Positions 30,043 through 36,471 of a DNA stretch of 36,471 nucleotides are shown in pieces. Every line of letters begins with the position of its first letter. Within the stretch, counting starts at the first letter, position 1. The notes beneath the pieces were generated by a model, which was not told where the DNA came from, made no database searches, and worked only from the letters and a program-made list of their open reading frames with translations. Both the position numbers and the translations under genes were made by a program. The stretch lies in sequence record SRR16203515_1241; one strand, given 5' to 3'.

Positions 30043-30585
30043 TTAATCGGTATACAAGTCGGGATAGTGAAACTTTGCCATCGCTAAGGTAAGGGCCACT
30101 TGATATACACTTTGGCGTGTGGCGTGATTATGGGTAAGCAAGCCAATCGCTCCACCTTGTTGCTTCACATTTTGAGTGCCAAATAGGCCGTCCATGACAT
30201 CGCCCAGTTCTTGGCCTCGTTGAAGTGCCTGATACACACTGACCGGCAAAGGCAGGTTAGCGCTGCGTCCTACCGACCAATGACCTTGATGGTAAATCAC
30301 CACATAGGCAAAGGTCGCTGGGCCATCCTCAAACACATCAACGCCGCCTTCAATAGCCACATACCACGCATCTTGCTCGCCGCCTTCGTGTAACGCTAAT
30401 AAGCCTTTCACTCGATTAATGGCGCCTGCGCGGGTTTCTTCTTCTGTCATCGGCTGATCTGACACCCCACTAGGTACCGAAATGCCTTCCACCTCAAACG
30501 CCTCGTCTAGGGTATCGCTGAGGGTTTCAAGAGCGGCATTCACTTTCACCGGATTTTGCGAGCCTACGTATAAATGACGGATCAT
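30043..30585 (-). CDS. yjjX: Non-canonical purine NTP phosphatase (ITPase/XTPase)
   Basis: GSQNPVK, SGVSDQP...ETRAGAINR, AIEGG, ELGDVMD and KQQGGAIGLLT. Confidence 0.93.
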   Translation of the reverse strand: MIRHLYVGSQNPVKVNAALETLSDTLDEAFEVEGISVPSGVSDQPMTEEETRAGAINRVKGLLALHEGGEQDAWYVAIEGGVDVFEDGPATFAYVVIYHQGHWSVGRSANLPLPVSVYQALQRGQELGDVMDGLFGTQNVKQQGGAIGLLTHNHATRQSVYQVALTLAMAKFHYPDLYTD

Positions 30586-31283
30586 TTGGCTTGCTCCACT
30601 GGGTGCTGCTTAATGTCATCTAGCATCAAGCGATAATCGGTGACCGCGGGATATTGGTCAATATTGCGATTAGGCAAGGTGCTGTCGGGGTTGTCTACGG
30701 CCAGTAAATGCTTAATACCAAATTGCTCCGCCGCACCCAAAATAGGCAGCGAGTCGTCGACGAACAAGGTACGTGCTGGGTCGAAGTTAAGACGTTGATG
30801 TAACTTTTGCCATAGCAGCTGGGCCTCTTTTGTGACCCCAAACTCATGGGTAGAAATAAGCGTGTCTATATGCTCATCAAGTTGGGTAAATTCCAGCTTA
30901 AGGGCTAGACTACCAGGGTGGGCATTGGTCACGAGCACCACTTCTCTACCCGAGGCATGGAGCGCTTTGAGGAATGGAATGGTGTCATCTCGTAAGGTTA
31001 GCAAGTGGGCTAGTTCACGTTTTAACGGTAAAAATTCCTGCTGTAAGTCCAACTCCAGTGACTCTGCCCAATAATCGAGGCAGTACCACTGAATTTGTCC
31101 GAACACGGCCTCATAGCGTTGGCTCATTTCAGCCTGACTTTCGGCTTCTGAGATACCACGAAGTTCGGCTAAACGCTTTGGCAAGTGATGCAGCCAAAAC
31201 TGATTGTCGTAGTGAAGGTCTAACAAGGTGCCATCCATATCTAACAACACCGTATCAATTTCATTCCAGGGCAGAAAGGGCAA
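30582..31283 (-). CDS. yrfG: HAD-family GMP/IMP nucleotidase
   Basis: WNEIDTVLLDMDGTLLDLHYDN.FW, WYCLDYW, VTNAHP and TLFVDDS; TTG start after AAGGA. Confidence 0.92.
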   Translation of the reverse strand: MPFLPWNEIDTVLLDMDGTLLDLHYDNQFWLHHLPKRLAELRGISEAESQAEMSQRYEAVFGQIQWYCLDYWAESLELDLQQEFLPLKRELAHLLTLRDDTIPFLKALHASGREVVLVTNAHPGSLALKLEFTQLDEHIDTLISTHEFGVTKEAQLLWQKLHQRLNFDPARTLFVDDSLPILGAAEQFGIKHLLAVDNPDSTLPNRNIDQYPAVTDYRLMLDDIKQHPVEQAK

Positions 31284-31349
31284 GCGATTTTCCTTATAAT
31301 GAAGTAAGCTAGATACTGAAGGTATGATAACAAAGTTGTAGCGAGAGAC

Positions 31350-31913
31350 ATGCGAAAAATTGACCCGAACAAGCCGTTACCACAAATTCACCATCGGGAA
31401 ATTGTAGCCCAAAGCAAACTCTTCAGGGTGGAACGCCTGGATCTAGAGTTTTCTAACGGTGCCACCAGACAATTTGAACGTATGGCCGGCGGTAACCGAG
31501 GTGCAGTAATGATTGTACCTATGCTAGATAAAGACACCCTAGTGCTGATTCGCGAATATGCCGCTGGCACTCACTCTTATCAACTTGGTTTTCCAAAAGG
31601 CCTTATCGACCCGGGTGAGAGCCCTATTGAGGCAGCAAACCGAGAGTTAAAAGAAGAAGCTGGTTTTGGTGCCAATGAGCTCACCGAGTTGCACACAGTC
31701 AGCATGGCCCCTACCTTTTTTAATGCCAATATGACCATAGTCATCGCACAGGGTTTATATCCTCAACGCCTTGAAGGTGATGAACCAGAGCCACTAGACG
31801 TCATTCATTGGCCTTTAGCAGAAGCCGATGCGTTACTTGCCCGAGACGATTTTATAGAAGCTCGCTGCATTGCCGCATTATTACTTGCTCAAAAGTGGTT
31901 TAAGGAACAATAG
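31350..31913 (+). CDS. nudE: ADP-compounds Nudix hydrolase
   Basis: LEFSNG, LGFPKGLIDPGE..EAANRELKEEAG (Nudix box) and LEGDEPEPL. Confidence 0.94.
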   Translation: MRKIDPNKPLPQIHHREIVAQSKLFRVERLDLEFSNGATRQFERMAGGNRGAVMIVPMLDKDTLVLIREYAAGTHSYQLGFPKGLIDPGESPIEAANRELKEEAGFGANELTELHTVSMAPTFFNANMTIVIAQGLYPQRLEGDEPEPLDVIHWPLAEADALLARDDFIEARCIAALLLAQKWFKEQ

Positions 31914-31916
31914 ATT

Positions 31917-32762
31917 ATGCCTGACGATCCCCATGAAGACCTACTGGAACTGGCAAAACGGGTTGCCGTAGAAGCAGGTGAAGCCGTACTTGCAGTGTAT
32001 GATAAAGGCGAGTTCGACGCTTACCAAAAAGACGATGACTCTCCCGTTACCAGCGCCGACTACCTGGCGAATGATATTATTACCAAACACCTTAGTGAAG
32101 CCACCCCAGATATTCCTATTTTATCGGAAGAGAATAAACACGCCAGTTTAGCAGAACGCAAAGACTGGCAGCGGTATTGGCTTATCGATCCTATTGATGG
32201 CACACAAGAGTTTATTGCACGAAGTGGCGACTTTGCGGTGAACATTGCGCTAATAGAAAATAACGAGCCTAAAATTGGGGTTATCTTTTGGCCACCGGGG
32301 CAATCGTTATATTACGCCGAAACAGGCAAGGGCGCATTTAAGTCATCGCCAGATGGCGATCACCCCATAGCCGTTCGAAAGTTAGATGATCCCAAAAACA
32401 GTGTTGTAATGATTGCCATTAGCCGCCGTCAATCCCGGGAGAAAGTACTGGGGCGCATGTGTGCTAAACGGGTGTATCAAACCTTACCGCTAGGCAGCTG
32501 CTCACTAAAGGCCTGTTTCATTGCTGAAGGTAAGGCTGATGTTTTCATGCGTATTGGGGTGACCGGCGAATGGGATACTGGTGCGTCACAATGTATTGTG
32601 TCGGAAGCAGGTGGTAGCATAGTGGCCGCCAATTTTGAGCCCCTTACTTATAATCAGCGTCACTCGTTAGAAAACCCAGATTTTGTGGTAATGGGCGATC
32701 AACGGGTGCCTTGGCAAGACGTTGTGCAATATAATGACTTTGTAAACCCCCATACCAAATAG
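31917..32762 (+). CDS. cysQ: 3'(2'),5'-bisphosphate nucleotidase
   Basis: KDDDSPVTSAD, ILSEE, WLIDPIDGTQEF and EWDTGA. Confidence 0.94.
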   Translation: MPDDPHEDLLELAKRVAVEAGEAVLAVYDKGEFDAYQKDDDSPVTSADYLANDIITKHLSEATPDIPILSEENKHASLAERKDWQRYWLIDPIDGTQEFIARSGDFAVNIALIENNEPKIGVIFWPPGQSLYYAETGKGAFKSSPDGDHPIAVRKLDDPKNSVVMIAISRRQSREKVLGRMCAKRVYQTLPLGSCSLKACFIAEGKADVFMRIGVTGEWDTGASQCIVSEAGGSIVAANFEPLTYNQRHSLENPDFVVMGDQRVPWQDVVQYNDFVNPHTK

Positions 32763-32842
32763 CACGTACTTATGACGTGTAATTTATCTTCTGTGAGTCA
32801 CCCTCGCAGGTGTATTGTTTGAGTGATGAAAGGAGCACAACC

Positions 32843-33427
32843 ATGAAGACAACTCAAATTCGAGCATTGTCTGCAGCGCTATTAACCTGCGGGCTATCTT
32901 TTCCTGCGCTGGCTGACTGGACGATTGATCAAGACACCAGTGCACTGCATTTTCTGTCTACTAAAAATGCTCAGGTCACTGAGGTACATCAGTTTGATAG
33001 CTTCGATGGAAGCTTATCTGATAACGGCACCCTAACGGTGTCTGTTGACTTAGCGTCTGTGAATACCTCGATTGATATTCGCAATCAACGCATGAAAGAC
33101 ATGTTATTTAATGTGAGTGAGTTTGCTGAAGCCAGCTTCCAAGCTGATCTTAGCGAGTCCTTGACTGCGCTGGAGCCTGGCGCACAGACCATCACTACGG
33201 TGGATGGTATTCTCACCCTTCACGGTAAGGCAGTACCCACCAGCTTCGCAGTAAAAGTGTCCCGCGTAGATGAAGATACCCTAACAGTAAGTACGGTTTC
33301 TCCGACACTGATAAAAGCCGAGTCATTTGGCTTAGCCAAAGGTGTCGCCGCACTGCAAACTGTAGCTGGCCTAAGCAGCATTACCACCACGGTACCGGTA
33401 ACCTTTTCGGTGACCTTTACTCAGTAG
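32843..33427 (+). CDS. YceI-family periplasmic lipid/polyisoprenoid-binding protein
   Basis: Signal peptide ending ALA-DW, SVNTSIDIRNQRM and LTLHG; RBS AAGGAG before the ATG at 32843. Confidence 0.85.
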   Translation: MKTTQIRALSAALLTCGLSFPALADWTIDQDTSALHFLSTKNAQVTEVHQFDSFDGSLSDNGTLTVSVDLASVNTSIDIRNQRMKDMLFNVSEFAEASFQADLSESLTALEPGAQTITTVDGILTLHGKAVPTSFAVKVSRVDEDTLTVSTVSPTLIKAESFGLAKGVAALQTVAGLSSITTTVPVTFSVTFTQ

Positions 33428-33446
33428 TTAACGCTAAATAGGCAAC

Positions 33447-33477
33447 AAAAAACGGGCTAATATTAGCCCGTTTTTTT
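33447..33477. terminator. Bidirectional intrinsic terminator
   Basis: Perfect 30-bp palindrome AAAAAACGGGCTAATATTAGCCCGTTTTTT between the convergent yceI-like gene and opgH. Confidence 0.9.
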
Positions 33478-33494
33478 ATTGCCTTATCACCTCG

Positions 33495-35477
33495 TTACGC
33501 GGGTTGACGCGCTCCCACGTGTTTAGGCAGTGGTTTTTGATTTAATGCCTGTTCAGGCATGCTTACCCACAAGCTTTGCGGCAACGAAGGCGTGTCAGGC
33601 TGATATTGAGAAATCGCAAAGTGCTGCATACCTACCCGTAAACGTTTCAGTGCCATGCATTCTGTCACTTCCTGGTCGATAACAAAGATGCCCCACTTAC
33701 GCATCTGTATCCCTAACGCATCTGAGCTTGTTAGGCGAATAACAGGCGCGGCTAATACCATGCCGCTTAATACCGGCAACAACCACATAAACAGCGAAGG
33801 CGTAAAGTAAAAGGTGGTTACCCCCCATGCGATGGCAAGACAACTCATAAGTTGGGTATGCTTAATGGCCACACGCCAAGGCACCTTGCGCCCTTCACGT
33901 TCTTGCGCTTCCCATTTAACCGAGTGACCGACAAATACACTTAGCACAAAATAGCTGTGATAAAACATCATCAAAGGAGCAATCAGTACCGCCATCAATA
34001 ATTCAAGCGTGGCGCTTTTCAATAGGCCCATAGCGCCGCCAAATTCAGCACGACGCTGTATCAGCGCAAGGGTAATACCTAGCAACTTAGGTAAAAACAG
34101 TAACGCTGCGGTTCCCCACATAGTGACCATCATCATATCTTGACGAGCCACCTGCCAACTTGGAAACAGTTGATATTCAGACATAAAGAATTCTGGCACT
34201 GAGGTGGCGCGGATCAAAGCGTCTGTGGTACCAAGAGCCAGCATACAAAACAGCACTAGCGACGAAATATATGCAAAGGCACCAAATAAGAAGTGCAACC
34301 GATTTGCGGTTTTCAGGCCTTTTACCTTCAGTAAACCAAGGTGTTGAATGTTACCTTGCACCCAACGGCGATCTCTAATGGCATAATCCACAATATTACT
34401 GGGGACTTCTTCATAGCTTCCCGTGGTATCGGTAAGCAAATAGGCCTGCCACCCTGCACGGCGCAGTAGCGCCGCTTCAACGAAGTCATGGCTTAGTATT
34501 TCGCCACCAAAAGGGGCACGACCTTCAAGTGTTGGCAGCCCGCAATGCTGCATAAAGGGCGCAATACGGATAATGGCATTGTGGCCCCAGTAATTCGCAC
34601 TATCGGTTTGCCAAAACGACAACCCTGTGGCTAGCATTGGGCTATATAAATGCGCAGCAAACTGCACAAAACGGCCAAAGAATGTGTTTTGGCGTACTGG
34701 CATAGGGATAGTTTGCACCAGGGCAGTATCGGGGTTTTGCTCAATACGGCGCGCTAAATCGAGCATGCGTTCGGCAGTCATAATGCTGTCTGCATCTAGT
34801 ACAATCATCGATTCATAGTTGGCGCCCCAACGTTCACAAAAGTCCTTCAAGTTACCGACTTTACGATGTAGGTTCTTCTCACGACGGCGATAAAACACCT
34901 GGCTTGAATAGCTACCGAGACGTTTCATCATCCGTTGCCAAGCGCGTAATTCAGCATCGGCTTTATCGTCATCGCGGGTGTCGCTCAGCATATAGAAGTC
35001 GAATTGTGCGCTATGAGACGTTTTCATTATCTCGCGCACACAGGCTTCAAACCCCACCATAATACGGCGCGTGTCTTCATTATATACCGGCATCACAATA
35101 GCGTGGCGCTGATTAATTTTATCGTCTTGCCCCGGAGCCGCTTGTTCCTTACGTAAGCTCAGCGGATCGATGCGAAATAGCTTTAATACGAAGCCGATGA
35201 TCCCGGTCCAAAAGGCCATGCACAGCCAAGCAAACAAGGTTAATCCCAAACCTAACTGGGCAATTTCAAGATTCGTTAGCCCATTGGGTAAAAATATCTC
35301 ATATAAACTCCAACCGGCTAGTGCCGTACTTGGAATGACTAGCATTGCCATGATAAACAAACGCATATGCTCTCCTTTGATAATTAGGTTGCTCGCGGTT
35401 GGCGCCGAGTTAGCGCGCTCACGGGTATTGGCCACCGATAATTGCTTACTGTTAGGCTTACTGAGGTTGATAGACAT
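33495..35477 (-). CDS. opgH: Glucans biosynthesis glucosyltransferase OpgH (MdoH)
   Basis: MPVYNED, LSDT, KVGNL, VLDADS, YWGHNAI, LSHDFVEA and RDRRWVQGN. The start is uncertain (35477 or 35366). Confidence 0.95.
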   Translation of the reverse strand: MSINLSKPNSKQLSVANTRERANSAPTASNLIIKGEHMRLFIMAMLVIPSTALAGWSLYEIFLPNGLTNLEIAQLGLGLTLFAWLCMAFWTGIIGFVLKLFRIDPLSLRKEQAAPGQDDKINQRHAIVMPVYNEDTRRIMVGFEACVREIMKTSHSAQFDFYMLSDTRDDDKADAELRAWQRMMKRLGSYSSQVFYRRREKNLHRKVGNLKDFCERWGANYESMIVLDADSIMTAERMLDLARRIEQNPDTALVQTIPMPVRQNTFFGRFVQFAAHLYSPMLATGLSFWQTDSANYWGHNAIIRIAPFMQHCGLPTLEGRAPFGGEILSHDFVEAALLRRAGWQAYLLTDTTGSYEEVPSNIVDYAIRDRRWVQGNIQHLGLLKVKGLKTANRLHFLFGAFAYISSLVLFCMLALGTTDALIRATSVPEFFMSEYQLFPSWQVARQDMMMVTMWGTAALLFLPKLLGITLALIQRRAEFGGAMGLLKSATLELLMAVLIAPLMMFYHSYFVLSVFVGHSVKWEAQEREGRKVPWRVAIKHTQLMSCLAIAWGVTTFYFTPSLFMWLLPVLSGMVLAAPVIRLTSSDALGIQMRKWGIFVIDQEVTECMALKRLRVGMQHFAISQYQPDTPSLPQSLWVSMPEQALNQKPLPKHVGARQPA

Positions 35478-36471
35478 AGTTCCACACCTCGCTGATTCGT
35501 TTGCCGTCGTGTTCGATAAACGCACGCATATCTAAGGTTTGCCCTTCATTTGGCGTGACCCGAAAAGTCGCCCGCCATTCTTGCCCATCAGCCACCGGAT
35601 ACAAACGCGCCTGCGCTACCTTGCCACGGGCACATTGCACCGTTAAACGGGTATTCTCTGGGTTAAACTCAACGCCTGCTGGCACAGAAAAGTCGACACT
35701 AAACTGACGTGTCGCGTTTAAGCTTTCATCTTCAAACTCTTCGCCTGGCAGCACCGCCGCACCTTGACGGGTACGCACCACTGAGGCGACATCACTCACA
35801 AAGGGGTTTTGCTCTACCGTACGTAGCTGATAGGCAAAATATAAAGTATCGTCAGCCTTTACCGGTTGCTGTGGCGTCCAGAAAGCCACGATATTGTCGT
35901 GGGTTTCAGATGAGGTGGGAATTTCCACTACCTCAAGACGGCCCTGTTCGAAGCCTTGTTCAGGGGTTACCCATAGTCCAGGTCGTAGATGATAATTAGC
36001 CTCTTCATCTAGGTAGTTATCCCATTCGCCATCGCGCTGCAACATACCAAAGCCTTGCGGTTGGCTGTCACTTAGCGAAGTCACCTGTAACTGATTAGGG
36101 TTAGTCAGGGGACGCCAAATATGTTCACCGGCGTGGGTCACCATCAGTACGCCATCACTGTCATGCACTTCAGGGCGGTAGTCATCGTGATGCTTCTGAC
36201 TGTTTTCGCCGTATAGAAACATACTGGTAAAGGGCGCAATACCTAGCTTTTCGATATCGTTACGGGCAAACAACCAAGTTTGTACATCTACCTTGGTATC
36301 CATACCTGGCTCAATAACAAACTTATAAGCGCCTGCCATTGATGGGCTTTCTAATCTGGCATAAATGGTGATGGGCTGGCCTTCACGGGGTTCAATTAAC
36401 CAGAACTCGGTAAAGTGAGGGAACTCTTCCCCCTTTGATAAAGCCGTGTCTATCGCCAAGCCACGGGCCGA
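35458..36471 (-). CDS. opgG: Glucan biosynthesis protein OpgG (MdoG/MdoD family), 5' part outside the window
   Basis: SARGLAIDT, EEFPHF, RPEVHDSDG, WRPLTNP, HDNIVAFW and SEVWNY. The frame is open to the window end and the gene lies directly upstream of opgH. Confidence 0.9.
   Translation of the reverse strand, partial: SARGLAIDTALSKGEEFPHFTEFWLIEPREGQPITIYARLESPSMAGAYKFVIEPGMDTKVDVQTWLFARNDIEKLGIAPFTSMFLYGENSQKHHDDYRPEVHDSDGVLMVTHAGEHIWRPLTNPNQLQVTSLSDSQPQGFGMLQRDGEWDNYLDEEANYHLRPGLWVTPEQGFEQGRLEVVEIPTSSETHDNIVAFWTPQQPVKADDTLYFAYQLRTVEQNPFVSDVASVVRTRQGAAVLPGEEFEDESLNATRQFSVDFSVPAGVEFNPENTRLTVQCARGKVAQARLYPVADGQEWRATFRVTPNEGQTLDMRAFIEHDGKRISEVWNYVYQPQ

Noticed and set aside
555..35999. Many 60-144 aa ORFs antisense to or out of frame within the main genes (e.g. 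962-1396, 15570-15908, 35170-35535)
   Set aside because: They lie largely or wholly within well-supported genes, show no recognisable motifs, and are expected shadows of codon usage.
1..36471. Genomic island, prophage, defence system, CRISPR array or RNA genes
   Set aside because: I saw no integrase, transposase, repeat-spacer array or tRNA/rRNA-like sequence. Housekeeping genes fill nearly all of the window and the intergenic gaps are short.

Overview
Core-genome window from a marine gammaproteobacterium; gene order and protein style suggest Alteromonas/Alteromonadaceae (inference). From left to right: a REP-like palindrome, an exported SAM-methyltransferase-fold gene just upstream of purD, a 6-TM K+ channel, a DUF2339-like membrane protein, prkB, a DUF2855-like gene split by one in-frame TAA, ompR-envZ, an MFS transporter, pckA, hslR-hslO, a complete gspC-N type II secretion operon followed by a YdgA/DUF945-like gene, an aldehyde dehydrogenase of the Sad/SSADH type, yjjX-yrfG, nudE-cysQ, a YceI protein, and opgG (partial)-opgH. 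I saw no mobile element, CRISPR array, tRNA or rRNA, and I cannot support a new multi-gene system. The most interesting signals are non-coding: a structured pckA 3' region with an anti-Shine-Dalgarno-like tract (candidate 3'-UTR sRNA), a full sigma54-type promoter layout upstream of the aldehyde dehydrogenase, and a HexR-like operator upstream of pckA. The nonsense-interrupted gene is also worth checking. All family assignments come from motif recognition, not from database searches.
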